A DNA stretch of 64,000 bases, from assembly GCA_963668175.1 (NCBI GenBank), contig OY764159.1, positions 736,001-800,000 on the forward strand. The letters run 5' to 3'. Below, piece by piece: positions 1 to 10,507 of this stretch (positions within the stretch are counted from its first letter, which is position 1; each line of letters starts with the position of its first letter). The translations under genes were made by a program, and so were the position numbers. This DNA comes from Syntrophales bacterium (GTDB lineage Bacteria > Desulfobacterota > Syntrophia > Syntrophales > PHBD01). Below the pieces are notes generated by a model. The model made no database searches, was not told where the DNA came from, and saw only the letters and a list, made by a program, of their open reading frames with translations.

Positions 1-2
1 GG

Positions 3-890
3 GACATCTACCGGACTTTCTTCAGTGGCTCCCGTTCGGATTACGCCGCCATCGGGGCCGTCGATTACCTGAAGTCGATGGTCCATACGACGGCGGTCAA
101 CATTACGAAGATGTTCGGCATCACGGGACGCGTTATTTCCTCGTCGACGGCCTGCACGACGAGCAGCCAGTCGATAGGCTACGGCTACGAAGCGATCAAG
201 TACGGCATGCAGGATGCGATGATCTGCGGTGGCGCCGATGAATACGACACGACCACCGTGGCTGTGTTCGACAATCTCCTGGCCTGTTCCACCGCATTCA
301 ACGAAACGCCGCACCTGACACCGAGACCGTTCGACGTCCATCGCGACGGACTGGTCGTCGGGGAAGGGGCCGGGGCGGTCCTCCTTGAAGAGTATGAAAT
401 GGCGAAGGCACGGGGAGCCGACATCCTGGGCGAAGTCATAGGTTTTGCCTGCAACAACAATGGCGGCGATCTGATTCTTCCCAACCTGAACGGTATCATC
501 CAGACCATCCGGGTAGGACTGCAGGACGCGGCCATTGCAGCCGACGATGTGGATGTCGTGAGCGCCCACGCGACGGCCACCAAGATGGGCGACGTGATCG
601 AGGCCCAGGCCATTCACGCGGTATACGGAGACAAACCCCGCGTCGCCGCGTTGAAGAGCTATATGGGGCATACCATGGGATCTTGCGGCGCCATCGAGAC
701 GATCATCACCCTGTATATGATGGAAAAGGGTTTCATTCCCCCGACCCTGAATCTGGAGGATGTGGACGAAAGGTGTGCCATGATCCGTCATGTCAGGAAG
801 CTTCAGGAAGACGACGTCCGCGTGGCGGTTATCCAGAATTTCGCCTTCGGCGGGGTGAATACCTGTCTTGTCATCAAAAAATTCTCATAG
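3..890 (+). CDS. beta-ketoacyl-ACP synthase (FabF/ApeR-like), 5'-truncated by window edge
   Basis: Frame open from base 3 (DIYRTFFSG...); catalytic Cys in TACTTS, His in SAHATAT and KSYMGHT; PFD..RDG.V.GEGAG; NFAFGG. Confidence 0.9.
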   Translation, partial: DIYRTFFSGSRSDYAAIGAVDYLKSMVHTTAVNITKMFGITGRVISSSTACTTSSQSIGYGYEAIKYGMQDAMICGGADEYDTTTVAVFDNLLACSTAFNETPHLTPRPFDVHRDGLVVGEGAGAVLLEEYEMAKARGADILGEVIGFACNNNGGDLILPNLNGIIQTIRVGLQDAAIAADDVDVVSAHATATKMGDVIEAQAIHAVYGDKPRVAALKSYMGHTMGSCGAIETIITLYMMEKGFIPPTLNLEDVDERCAMIRHVRKLQEDDVRVAVIQNFAFGGVNTCLVIKKFS

Positions 891-897
891 ATAGGCC

Positions 898-1668
898 ATG
901 CCGTCCTTACTCAGCATCATCAAACGCCCTATCGATGCCGGAGTGACGCTCCTTCTCTGGAGCTATTACATCCTCGGTTACCTCATCCTGTTTTTCCCTT
1001 TTTATGCCGTCGCCTACTTTGCCGCCCCGGACCGGGAAGCGGCTTTTCAGCGGTTGAATCACCGATTCTACCGAAGTTTCTTCGGCCTTCTGCAATGTAT
1101 TGCCCCGGGGCTGACGATCAGGGCCGACGACCGCATCGGCAATCTCAGGTCATGCGTTGTCGTCTGCAACCATCTTTCCTACCTGGACCCGATCCTGCTC
1201 ATCTCCCTGATCGAAAGACAGAAAACCGTCGTCAAGAGTCTCTTTTTCCGCGTACCCGTCTTCGGTTGGATACTTAAGGAATCCGGGTATATCCCGTCGA
1301 TGATGGACAGGGACTCCTCGTCCCTGATGATGGAACGCGTGGGCGGGATGAGGGACTATCTGGCTGCAGGGGGGAATCTCTTCATCTTTCCGGAGGGACA
1401 CCGGAGCAGGGACGGCAACCCCGGACCTCTGAACAAAGGGGCCTTTATGATCGCCAAACGGTGCCGCGCCCCCGTCGTCATTTTGTCCGTCAAGAATACC
1501 GACCGGCTGTTCACGCCGGGCAAATTCCTCTTCAATACCTGCGTTTCCAATACCATCGAAGTCGAACTGATCGGCCGGATCGATCCGGATGACGACCAGC
1601 ATTATTCCCTGGCCGGCATGCTGGGCCGGGTCCGTTTTTTGTTTGCTAATCGGCAGCGATTAACGTAG
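898..1668 (+). CDS. lysophospholipid/1-acylglycerol-3-phosphate acyltransferase family protein
   Basis: NHLSYLD (HX4D) and FPEG motifs; N-terminal TM segment. Confidence 0.88.
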   Translation: MPSLLSIIKRPIDAGVTLLLWSYYILGYLILFFPFYAVAYFAAPDREAAFQRLNHRFYRSFFGLLQCIAPGLTIRADDRIGNLRSCVVVCNHLSYLDPILLISLIERQKTVVKSLFFRVPVFGWILKESGYIPSMMDRDSSSLMMERVGGMRDYLAAGGNLFIFPEGHRSRDGNPGPLNKGAFMIAKRCRAPVVILSVKNTDRLFTPGKFLFNTCVSNTIEVELIGRIDPDDDQHYSLAGMLGRVRFLFANRQRLT

Positions 1669-1674
1669 AACTGA

Positions 1675-3405
1675 ATGCAAAGGAGGTTTCCGACCATGCA
1701 TGCCCTCAACCGAAGGATCAGAAAGGCAGAAAGTACGGCGTACCGTTTCGGAATTTTTATAACAGCCCTGTGTTTTTGTCTCATGGCCGCCGTCGCTTCT
1801 GCGGAAGCCGTTCCTTCCCGCATCAAGGAGGTCACCCTCTTTCCCAATAAAGCATTGATTAAAAGGGAGGCCGTCGTGACGGCGGGAAAGGGACGCCAGG
1901 AGATCCTTATCGAAGTCGACGCCTACAGGATCGATCATGACTCCGTTTCCGCCAAGGTCTTTGGCGACGGCGAGATATTCAGCGTCCAGTTCCGGGAAAT
2001 GCCCCTGACTGAGGCGCCGCAGGAGAAGATCAAGGCCCTGGAACAGAAGTTAAAGGGATTGAAAAAAGCGAGACGAGCCTTAAACGATGACAAAGAAGTC
2101 CTGAAAAGTAAGGAACAATTTGTCCGTTCGGTGATTCAGTTTTCCGAGCAGCAGGTTCCCAAGGAGATCAAGACCGCTTTTCCCAAGGCGGAGGACCTGG
2201 AAAAGATACTTCGCTTCATCAATGCCAATCTGCAATCGATCAACAGCCAAAAGCAGACGATTGACGCCAGGATAGAAGATCTGGACCGCGAGATTAAAGT
2301 CGTGGAAAGGGATTTGGCGGCGTTGGGCAAGGGACGCCCCGCCGGCAAGCAGGTCATCGAGATCGTCTTCAATTCCAAAAAAGATCAGAAATTGAGAATC
2401 GAGGCGGATTACGTGACGCAAAATGCCTCCTGGTCCCCCCTGTACAAGGTGACGGTCCCCGGTATGGCCGATGCGGCCGGTCTGACGATGTTCGGGAATA
2501 TAAGGCAAAAAACCGGTGAAGATTGGGACCGGGTTGCCCTTTCGATATCGAATGCGGTTCCGCTGGAAGGCGGGGTGCTGCCGTCTTTGTCGAGCTGGAT
2601 CGTGGACATCGAAAGACCACGGCCCAAGGCGAAAAAGGCCAAAAAGGCCGGAGACTCTTTTCTCATGTATAATAAAGCCGCTCCCGCACCGGCTGCCGAA
2701 GCGATGAGAGATGCAGACCGCGATGAAGAGACGGAGAAGACGGAAGCCGCTTTCGTGTCGGCTGAAAGAACGGAATCCCTCCTGGCCTTCGAATATAAGC
2801 TGCCCCAGCCCCTGAGTATCGAATCAAGAGACAAGGAGACGGTGCTTCCGCTCTATACGAAGAGCCTGAAAGGCACTTTCGCCCATTACGCGGTACCCCG
2901 GATGAATAAGGCGACGTTTCTTGTCATGAAGGCAAGCGCCGACGGGGAACTCCTGCCGGGCCCCCTCAACGTCTATTTCGACGGCCGTTTCGTGGGCAAA
3001 ACGATGCTCGGGGACCGGAGGGCCGGGGAGGAGATGAACCTCAACCTCGGTGCCGATCGCGAGGTGAGGGTTCAGCGGGAGGTGATCAGAGACAAGCTGG
3101 AGGAAACCCTGTTCGGGGCCATCGAGAGAAGCACGGTCGTGAGGAACATGGCCTATCGCATCGTCATGGAGAACCTGAAGAAGAAGGAAGTTCACCTGCA
3201 AGTGATGGATTCCGTCCCTGTCTCCCGGAGCGACAAGGTGTCCGTTAAAGATATGAAGATAACGCCGCAACCCAAGGAAAAGAACTATCAGGGACGCGAC
3301 GGCGTCCTGATGTGGGAGGAGGTCCTTAAACCGGGGGAAAAGAAGGAAATCATGGTTGAGTTCGTTGTAACCTACCCTAAAGATATGCCTGTGGTGGGCT
3401 TGTAG
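1675..3405 (+). CDS. DUF4140/DUF4139 (MuiA-like) exported protein; start may be ATG 1696
   Basis: Signal-like N-terminus, I.EVTLF...A.I.R, coiled coil, ASWSPLY, QKTGEDW..V.L.IS and LGAD..V.V.R motifs. Confidence 0.8.
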   Translation: MQRRFPTMHALNRRIRKAESTAYRFGIFITALCFCLMAAVASAEAVPSRIKEVTLFPNKALIKREAVVTAGKGRQEILIEVDAYRIDHDSVSAKVFGDGEIFSVQFREMPLTEAPQEKIKALEQKLKGLKKARRALNDDKEVLKSKEQFVRSVIQFSEQQVPKEIKTAFPKAEDLEKILRFINANLQSINSQKQTIDARIEDLDREIKVVERDLAALGKGRPAGKQVIEIVFNSKKDQKLRIEADYVTQNASWSPLYKVTVPGMADAAGLTMFGNIRQKTGEDWDRVALSISNAVPLEGGVLPSLSSWIVDIERPRPKAKKAKKAGDSFLMYNKAAPAPAAEAMRDADRDEETEKTEAAFVSAERTESLLAFEYKLPQPLSIESRDKETVLPLYTKSLKGTFAHYAVPRMNKATFLVMKASADGELLPGPLNVYFDGRFVGKTMLGDRRAGEEMNLNLGADREVRVQREVIRDKLEETLFGAIERSTVVRNMAYRIVMENLKKKEVHLQVMDSVPVSRSDKVSVKDMKITPQPKEKNYQGRDGVLMWEEVLKPGEKKEIMVEFVVTYPKDMPVVGL

Positions 3406-3512
3406 TTACATTAATCCGGCGAAATGTCCTGATGAGACTTCAAATATCGCCGGCCTATATCAGACAGACGAAGGAAGATGGTGGGTTTATCATTCAATCA
3501 TAAGGAGAGGCT

Positions 3513-4178
3513 ATGAGATTTTCGGAGGACATCTACGTTTATGAGTGGACAGACATGTACGAAAACAACTGCAACAGCTTCTATATCGCCGGGGATGTTC
3601 ATGCCCTGGTCGATCCGGGCCTGGCGAGCCGTGTGCCCGACCTGCTGGACAGCATGAAGATAGACGGATTAAAGCAGAGCGATATCCGCTACGTCATCAA
3701 TACCCACTCCCACCCCGATCATTTCGACGGCTCTCGTCATTTCGACGGGAAAGACGTCCAGATCGCGCTCCATGAAGAAGAGATGGCATTTCTCAATGGT
3801 CCTGGCGGGGACCTCTATTCCCTGTTCGGTCTCAATCATCCGAATGTCCATGTCAATCTTCCCCTGAAAACCGGCGAAATCATGCTGGGAAGCGAGAAGT
3901 TCGACATTATCCATATCCCCGGTCATTCGCCCGGGTCCATAGGCCTGTATTATCCGAAAACCAAAGCCCTTTTCTGCGGCGATGTCATCTTCGATCAAAA
4001 CGTCGGCAGGACCGATTTCCCGGGAGGAAGCGGCAACCTGCTCAAAAAGAGCATCCTCGCCATGTCCAAACTGGACGTGGAATGCCTGTTTCCGGGACAT
4101 ATGGGCATCATCGACGGTTCCCAAAACGTCCAGAATAATTTTCGACTGGTGATTCAGAGTATTTTCCCGTATTTGTAA
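3513..4178 (+). CDS. MBL-fold metallo-hydrolase (glyoxalase II-like)
   Basis: THSHPDH, PGHSPG, GD and FPGH; RBS AAGGAG. Confidence 0.9.
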   Translation: MRFSEDIYVYEWTDMYENNCNSFYIAGDVHALVDPGLASRVPDLLDSMKIDGLKQSDIRYVINTHSHPDHFDGSRHFDGKDVQIALHEEEMAFLNGPGGDLYSLFGLNHPNVHVNLPLKTGEIMLGSEKFDIIHIPGHSPGSIGLYYPKTKALFCGDVIFDQNVGRTDFPGGSGNLLKKSILAMSKLDVECLFPGHMGIIDGSQNVQNNFRLVIQSIFPYL

Positions 4179-4447
4179 GCAAACGCCGTTTCAGTTTTTA
4201 GAACGACGGTTTATAGCCCGGACATTCTGATTTTTTCTGAATAAGGATTTTCGGAAAGATATCCGTTGCACGGGCCAATGCCCCCTTTCTTAAGGATCGG
4301 GGCTGTTTGCCTGTGGTTTTTCCGTTTTCACGATGGTGATGTCCCGTTTTCAAAAAACTTCCTTCACTTTGCCTCTGAAAAAATCCGTATCCGTCCTGTT
4401 GAATTTCCGTAAATAGTCATTATTATAGAAACAAGGAGGAAAGGATT

Positions 4448-4642
4448 ATGACGATTAAAATAAAAGGAATGTCCTGCAACCATTGTGTTATGGCCGTCAC
4501 CAAGGCTTTAAGCGGCATAGAAGGCCTCAAGGACGTCAAGGTCGATTTGGCTAAAGGCGAGGCTGATTTTAGAAACGATAACTCCGTCGATCTCAAGGTG
4601 ATTAAGAGCGCCGTTGAAAAAGCGGGGTACGAAGTTGGTTGA
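4448..4642 (+). CDS. copZ: copper chaperone / heavy-metal-associated domain protein
   Basis: GMSCNHC motif, 64 aa, directly upstream of a P1B ATPase. Confidence 0.9.
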   Translation: MTIKIKGMSCNHCVMAVTKALSGIEGLKDVKVDLAKGEADFRNDNSVDLKVIKSAVEKAGYEVG

Positions 4643-6893
4643 GCGGGATGATTCTCGGATCACCGTTTCCGTGGGGGGAATGACCTGCGCCGCCTGCGTC
4701 AGGAGAGTGGAGTCGGCCCTTAAGGGATTGCCGGGTGTGAGGGATGTTGCCGTCAATCTGGCGACGGCCCGGGCGACGATAACCCATGACGAGGCATGGG
4801 CAGGGATCGGCGCGATTAAACAAACCGTTACGGATCAAGGTTATGATTATCTGGGCATGCCCGATGACAGCCGCGAAGATCCTATCACGGCGGCCAGGAA
4901 GAAGGAGATCCGCAACTTAACCCTTCGATTTATCGTCGGTATCGTTCTCAGTACAGTCATTTTCATGGGTTCCATGCAGCACTGGTTCCCCTTCCTCGGT
5001 TCGATCCCGAGGCAGGCGATGCTGATCGTCATGTTCGTGCTGACGACGCCTGTTGTATTCTGGGTGGGCAGCCGTTTCTTCTCCGGGGCTTTGAAAGCCG
5101 CAAGGCAGCTGACCACGGATATGAATACGCTGGTGGCCATCGGCGCCTTCTCGGCCTATCTCTATTCCGTCCTGGCGACGTTTTTTCCCCGCTTCTTCAC
5201 CGGCGCCGATATGGCACCTCAGGTCTATTATGACGGGGCGGCCATGATCGTTACGCTGATCATTCTCGGGAGGCTTCTGGAAGCGAAGGCAACGGGCAAT
5301 ACGTCCGCGGCCATCCAGAAACTGATCAACCTCAAACCGAAGACGGCACGGGTCGTGCGTAACGACGAGATGCTGGACGTCGTCATTGAAAGTGTCGTTC
5401 CGGGAGACGTGATCATGGTGAGACCGGGGGAACAAGTGCCCACGGACGGTGTCGTTGTTTCCGGGGCGTCTTCCGTCGATGAATCCATGCTGACCGGAGA
5501 GAGCCTGCCGATCGCGAAAACGACCGGCGACAATGTCTTCGCCGCAACCCTGAACAAGAGCGGCAGCTTCACCTTTCGGGCGACCCGTGTGGGTTCCGAG
5601 ACGGCCCTGGCCAGAATCATACGCCTTGTCGAAGAAGCGCAAGGTTCCAAGGCCCCGATCCAGAGAATGGCCGACCGCGTGGCGTCGATCTTCGTGCCGG
5701 TCGTTATCGCCATCGCAGTGGTGACCTTTCTGATCTGGTATTATGTGGTGCCCGATCCGCTCTTCAGTCGAGCCCTCCTGAATTTCATCTCGGTCCTCGT
5801 TATCGCCTGCCCCTGCGCATTAGGGCTGGCGACCCCTACGGCGGTCATGGTGGGAACGGGACTGGGTGCGGAAAGCGGTATCCTCATCAAAGGTGGGGAG
5901 AGTCTGGAAAATGCCTATAAACTGACGGCCGTCGTCTTCGATAAAACCGGTACCCTGACGAAGGGCGAGTCGGAAGTAACGGATGTCCTTCCTGCAAACG
6001 GCGTAACGAGGGAAGAGCTTCTTACAATCGCGATGGCCATTGAATCCGCCTCCGAACATCCCCTCGCGGCGGCCGTCGTCGCCAAGGGCCGAAACGAAGG
6101 GCTTTATGCCGCTTCCGGTGAAGGCTTTCAGGCCCTCTCCGGTCTGGGCGCGAAAGCCGTGGTGGACGGTCAATCCTGCCTGCTGGGAAATGCCGCCATG
6201 ATGCAGAAAGAAGGTATCGCCCTGAGCGGTCTTGATGTCGACGCCGAGCGGATGGCCCGTGAAGGCAAAACCTGTGTTTTCGTGGCCAGGAAAGGGACGG
6301 CAATAGGTCTGATAGCCCTTGCAGATACGGCAAAGCCGTCTGCCAAGCAAGCTGTCGCGGAAATCAAGGATATGGGTCTGAAAGTCGCGATGATAACGGG
6401 AGATAACGCAAACACCGCCAAGGCCATCGGCGATTCCTTGGGTATTGAGAAGGTCATGTCGGAGGTGCTTCCCGGCGATAAGGCCCGGGAAATAGGCCGG
6501 TTGCATGATGAAGGGGCCGTCGTGGCCATGGTGGGGGACGGGATCAACGATGCCCCGGCCCTGGCGGCCGCCGATATCGGCATTGCCATCGGGACAGGTA
6601 CCGATGTCGCCATCGAGGCCAGCGACATTACCCTGATGAGCGACGATCTGAGAGCCGTACCCAGGGCAATCCGCCTGTCCTTCGAGACGATGAAGGTTAT
6701 CCGGCAGAACCTTTTCTGGGCCTTCTTCTATAACACCCTCGGTATCCCCGTTGCGGCGGGAGTCCTGTACCCCTTTTTCGGCATCCTTTTGAATCCCGAA
6801 TTTGCAGCCGCGGCGATGGCCTTAAGCTCCGTTTCGGTCGTCACCAATTCCCTGAGGTTGAGGCGGGTCTGGAAGTCTCAAAACCGAAGATAG
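4635..6893 (+). CDS. copA: Cu(I)-translocating P1B-type ATPase (probable TTG start at 4635)
   Basis: GMTCAAC metal-binding domain, TGES, CPC, DKTGT, SEHP, GDGIND, YN and MALSS motifs. Confidence 0.95.
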   Translation: MVERDDSRITVSVGGMTCAACVRRVESALKGLPGVRDVAVNLATARATITHDEAWAGIGAIKQTVTDQGYDYLGMPDDSREDPITAARKKEIRNLTLRFIVGIVLSTVIFMGSMQHWFPFLGSIPRQAMLIVMFVLTTPVVFWVGSRFFSGALKAARQLTTDMNTLVAIGAFSAYLYSVLATFFPRFFTGADMAPQVYYDGAAMIVTLIILGRLLEAKATGNTSAAIQKLINLKPKTARVVRNDEMLDVVIESVVPGDVIMVRPGEQVPTDGVVVSGASSVDESMLTGESLPIAKTTGDNVFAATLNKSGSFTFRATRVGSETALARIIRLVEEAQGSKAPIQRMADRVASIFVPVVIAIAVVTFLIWYYVVPDPLFSRALLNFISVLVIACPCALGLATPTAVMVGTGLGAESGILIKGGESLENAYKLTAVVFDKTGTLTKGESEVTDVLPANGVTREELLTIAMAIESASEHPLAAAVVAKGRNEGLYAASGEGFQALSGLGAKAVVDGQSCLLGNAAMMQKEGIALSGLDVDAERMAREGKTCVFVARKGTAIGLIALADTAKPSAKQAVAEIKDMGLKVAMITGDNANTAKAIGDSLGIEKVMSEVLPGDKAREIGRLHDEGAVVAMVGDGINDAPALAAADIGIAIGTGTDVAIEASDITLMSDDLRAVPRAIRLSFETMKVIRQNLFWAFFYNTLGIPVAAGVLYPFFGILLNPEFAAAAMALSSVSVVTNSLRLRRVWKSQNRR

Positions 6894-6936
6894 GAAGGTA
6901 TGATGGGATGGGGCTGGCGGCCGTCTGTGACGATAC

Positions 6937-8628
6937 TTACCGGACCTTCAGGACCATGAGGGTGATGTCGTCGAACTGGGGTTGCCGGCCTGCGAAATCG
7001 ATCACGGACCCCTGGATGACTGCGAGGAGTTCGCCGGCGTTCATCTCCCGGTGGCTTTGGACAACATGGATAAGACGGTCCAGCCCGAAGGCTTCCCCCG
7101 ATTCGTTGATGGCCTCGTTGACGCCGTCCGTGTAGAGGACGACAATATCCCCCGATGCCAAATAGAGATCCTCTTCGCCGAGATCGATGTCCGGTTTGAC
7201 TCCCAACGCAATGCCTCTGGCCTTCAGGGGAACGGGGTTTTCTTCTCCTCTTTTGAAGAAAAGAGGCGGATTATGGCCGGCATTGATATACCGGAACCTC
7301 CTGTTGGCATCCAGAACGGCGTAGAAGAGTGTTACGAACATGCCGGACGTGGAATCCCGGCATATCAGCGTATTGGCCTGCCTGATGGCCAGGACGGGAT
7401 TCGGAGTGCTCGTCGTGCTGGCCCGGACGATGGTCCTCGAAAGTCCCATGAAGATGGCGGCAGACATGCCTTTGCCCGAAACATCCGCTATAACGACTCC
7501 CCAATGGTCTTCGGCAACGGGGATAAAGTCGTAAAAGTCTCCGCCGACTTCCCGGGCCGGTATATTGTTGGCCGCAATATCGATTCCCTTGATCGAGGGG
7601 GCGGCCGCGGGGAGCAGCCTCTGCTGAAGGCCGCGGGCGATCTCCATTTCCTTCACCAGGCCTTCTTTCTCCGACGTGGTCCTCTCCAATTTTGCCATCT
7701 GGTCTTCGAGATCGGATGCCATGCGGTTGAATGCGGAGGCCAAGTCCTCGAATTCATCCTCGGTGCGGAGTTGCACCCGGTAGTCTATTTCGCCGCGGCC
7801 GATGGCCCGTACGCCGTCGATTAGGGCCATGATCGGGTTGGTGATCATATTGGAAAGGAGATAGGAAATACTGAACACGACGAAGATGAGAATCATGAGA
7901 AAGACGATGAAACTGGTATAGACGTCCTCGAGCCTCTCATTGACATGCTGGTTGATCGTCTTTGTGGCTGTCTGGATCTTTTCGCGGGTTTCAGTGACCG
8001 GGATCGAAAATTCATCGATGTAGGTTGTGGCCGCGATCATATAGGGCGTTCCGGCTACGGGTACGATGGCCATGAATTTGCGGCGAATCTTGCCGTCCAA
8101 TTCCTCCCAGTCGTAGTAGCCGCTTGCCGGGGATCCGTTGAATGTCCGCTCGAAGATCGCCCAGAACCCGGGGAGCTTGTCTTTCCAATGGTGCATGTCG
8201 TAATTGACGAGTTCGGGGTTGGGATGGAATCTCATGATCCCGTTTGTTTCGTACAGGATGGTATAACCCGTCTTGCCCACCGACTGGACGGCGATGGTTT
8301 CGAATTCCTTCTTTTTTCTGAGTGCATCGATGGTGATTCTCGGATGGGCGTTGAGGTAAACCCTGCATTGCAGGGCAACATCGGCCGCCTTCTGGGCGAT
8401 GATCCTCTCGCCCAGCGCTTCCAGGGCCTGGGTGCTGTCGTTGGCCGCGCTGGTGCCGAGGGAACTGCCGCTTTCCAGGGCGTAGCTGCCGATTTTTTTG
8501 ATATCGTTCAGGGCGAAATATCCGAAGATAATCAGTGAAATGATGGGCAGACCGAGAAAGGCGACCATGATCCGCGTTCTGATCCGGATACGCGGTATTT
8601 TAATACGGAAAGGAGATTGTTTTGTCAA
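6937..8628 (-). CDS. membrane-bound PP2C/SpoIIE serine phosphatase with Cache-like sensor and HAMP domain (RsbU-like)
   Basis: Two TM segments, HAMP (DEFEDLASAFNRM), VGGDFYD, IADVSGKG, NAGH, YTDG and DDIT. Confidence 0.92.
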   Translation of the reverse strand: MTKQSPFRIKIPRIRIRTRIMVAFLGLPIISLIIFGYFALNDIKKIGSYALESGSSLGTSAANDSTQALEALGERIIAQKAADVALQCRVYLNAHPRITIDALRKKKEFETIAVQSVGKTGYTILYETNGIMRFHPNPELVNYDMHHWKDKLPGFWAIFERTFNGSPASGYYDWEELDGKIRRKFMAIVPVAGTPYMIAATTYIDEFSIPVTETREKIQTATKTINQHVNERLEDVYTSFIVFLMILIFVVFSISYLLSNMITNPIMALIDGVRAIGRGEIDYRVQLRTEDEFEDLASAFNRMASDLEDQMAKLERTTSEKEGLVKEMEIARGLQQRLLPAAAPSIKGIDIAANNIPAREVGGDFYDFIPVAEDHWGVVIADVSGKGMSAAIFMGLSRTIVRASTTSTPNPVLAIRQANTLICRDSTSGMFVTLFYAVLDANRRFRYINAGHNPPLFFKRGEENPVPLKARGIALGVKPDIDLGEEDLYLASGDIVVLYTDGVNEAINESGEAFGLDRLIHVVQSHREMNAGELLAVIQGSVIDFAGRQPQFDDITLMVLKVR

Positions 8629-8642
8629 CGCCCCACCCTGTG

Positions 8643-9593
8643 TCAGAGATTCAGCGACTGCCAGCGGTCTTCCCGCTCCAGTCTGTAGAAAGTCCGGCGC
8701 CGCTCCGGCGATTCCTTAATGGCGACATAACCATTGACGAGGTATCCCCTCGCGAGATAGTGCATGAAGAGAGAACGGCAGCTGTTCCTGAGAATCTGGG
8801 CCTTCGCGCGGTCCGCCAGCAGGATTTTATCCTGATTGTAAGGTATTTCCACAAAAATCGGCGATGCCTTGAGGTTGAAGACGGCCTTTTTCCCGGCCTT
8901 CTCCAGACCTTGTTCGTCGATGATGATTTCGTTGACCGTGTTGGCCGCCGTCATCTCCGAGGCATCGGATAGGTCAGGAGAAATCCCCCGTTCCATACGG
9001 TCTTTTACGCGTTCGGAATTGATCAACCATTCCACGACGAAACGATCCGTCGATATGGCCCTGTTGAACTCGTCGCTGGTGAAGACCGCGCTGTAATAGT
9101 TGAACCCGATCTCCTTTACGATGGCCCCCATTTTATGGATGTAGATATAGCCGTTCCGGGAGACCATAGGGTCGTATGTCCAACGGATCCGCGAAATCTG
9201 CCTTTCTTTCGCGCAGGCATACAGGGTCTGAACGAGTTCTTCTCCGATATTTTTGTCCCAATACTTGCGGTCGACGCCCATTCTGGCGCCGTACCAGAAG
9301 GGGCCCCGCTTGTCGAAATCGGCAAAGCAGACGAGGAATCCGATGGGATGGTCACCCTCATACCAGGCATCTTCCCGGGCCATGGCGGCCTTTTCTTCCA
9401 CAGAAAAGAGCCCTTCGTCGAAAGCCGTCAGGACAAGTCCGTTGGTAATGTACGCGAGCTCAAAATAGAGCATGGGCGCGTTGACTTCCCGGTAACCTTC
9501 ACGCTTCCAGACGCGCTTCTCAAGTTCCACAACATCGTTGAGAACGGATTCCTTGAGATACTTCTCCACCCTTATCTTAGACTTTGAGGACAT
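8643..9593 (-). CDS. GNAT-superfamily acyltransferase (COG3375-like)
   Basis: MGVD..Y....IG..L acyl-CoA-binding region, WTYDP...RN.....KMGA, NYY and TDRFVVEW pattern. Confidence 0.7.
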   Translation of the reverse strand: MSSKSKIRVEKYLKESVLNDVVELEKRVWKREGYREVNAPMLYFELAYITNGLVLTAFDEGLFSVEEKAAMAREDAWYEGDHPIGFLVCFADFDKRGPFWYGARMGVDRKYWDKNIGEELVQTLYACAKERQISRIRWTYDPMVSRNGYIYIHKMGAIVKEIGFNYYSAVFTSDEFNRAISTDRFVVEWLINSERVKDRMERGISPDLSDASEMTAANTVNEIIIDEQGLEKAGKKAVFNLKASPIFVEIPYNQDKILLADRAKAQILRNSCRSLFMHYLARGYLVNGYVAIKESPERRRTFYRLEREDRWQSLNL

Positions 9594-9605
9594 GCGGCCA
9601 TCCCG

Positions 9606-10052
9606 TTATTGGGTTTGAATGGACGTATAATGTGCCTGCCGAGACACGGAGTGTCGCGCGGGATACATGGTCAAGATAAGGACATTACGCTCTCCGTCCC
9701 GGTGATAGCTGAGCTGATTGGTCAATTTTCTTATGAAAAAGACACCCAGCCCGCCGGTCTTTCGGGCCATCAAATCGGTCGATATATCCGGATCGGGGAG
9801 CGTATGGATGTCAAATGAGACACCTTCGTCGGCGATGACGATTTCAATACCGCCTCCACCGATGGGGGCGCAGATCAGCTCAATGTAACCGGGACGTTGC
9901 GGATAAGCATGGCGAATGATATTCACCAGGGCTTCTTCCACAACCAGTTCTATCTCATTCAACCTCTCCCGATGAAATGCCATGCGACTGGCGCAGAGGG
10001 AGACATGCTCCAGAAATAACCTTAAATTATCCAGGGTGGCGGGTAGTTTCAT
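9606..10052 (-). CDS. anti-sigma factor Ser kinase (RsbW/SpoIIAB-like)
   Basis: EEALVNIIRHAY, DEG..FD and GGLG GHKL motifs. Confidence 0.9.
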   Translation of the reverse strand: MKLPATLDNLRLFLEHVSLCASRMAFHRERLNEIELVVEEALVNIIRHAYPQRPGYIELICAPIGGGGIEIVIADEGVSFDIHTLPDPDISTDLMARKTGGLGVFFIRKLTNQLSYHRDGERNVLILTMYPARHSVSRQAHYTSIQTQ

Positions 10053-10074
10053 TTGGAAGGTTTTATTCTTTCAA

Positions 10075-10419
10075 TCATTCACGGCCCTGCTGTCGGCTGA
10101 CGGCTTCCGTTACGGACGCATAAATCGGAAACAACGTATCAAAGCCGGAAATTTCAAAGACTTCTTTTACCGTGCCCCGTAAAGACGTCAAGGCGATTCC
10201 CCCTTGTCTGCCTTCCAGGTTTTTGGCGGCGGCTAGAATACACTGCAACCCAGCGCTGCTGATATATTCCAAGTCGCTGAAATCGAAGACGAAATAAAGT
10301 TCGTTCTCTGCGATCTTCTCGTCCAGGATCTTCTCCAGATCCGGGGCGCAAACAGCATCCATTCTCCCTTTGATGGAGATGACAATGCTGCTTCCTTCTT
10401 TTCTCAGGTCTATAACCAT
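10075..10419 (-). CDS. STAS-domain anti-sigma factor antagonist (RsbV/SpoIIAA-like)
   Basis: G.MD, D.S.LEYISSAGL (phosphorylatable Ser) and VFEISG. Confidence 0.92.
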   Translation of the reverse strand: MVIDLRKEGSSIVISIKGRMDAVCAPDLEKILDEKIAENELYFVFDFSDLEYISSAGLQCILAAAKNLEGRQGGIALTSLRGTVKEVFEISGFDTLFPIYASVTEAVSRQQGRE

Positions 10420-10446
10420 GGGATGATAGCCATCTCAGCGGGTACG

Positions 10447-10485
10447 TTAAGGACACCCTTCGGATATTCCGGAGGGTGTCCTTAA
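10447..10485 (-). terminator. hairpin between hbd and the STAS gene, possible terminator
   Basis: TTAAGGACACCCTTCGGA-tat-TCCGGAGGGTGTCCTTAA, an 18-bp inverted repeat with one mismatch; no clear U-tail. Confidence 0.5.
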
Positions 10486-10507
10486 TCAGGCTTATAAACG
10501 CGACATG

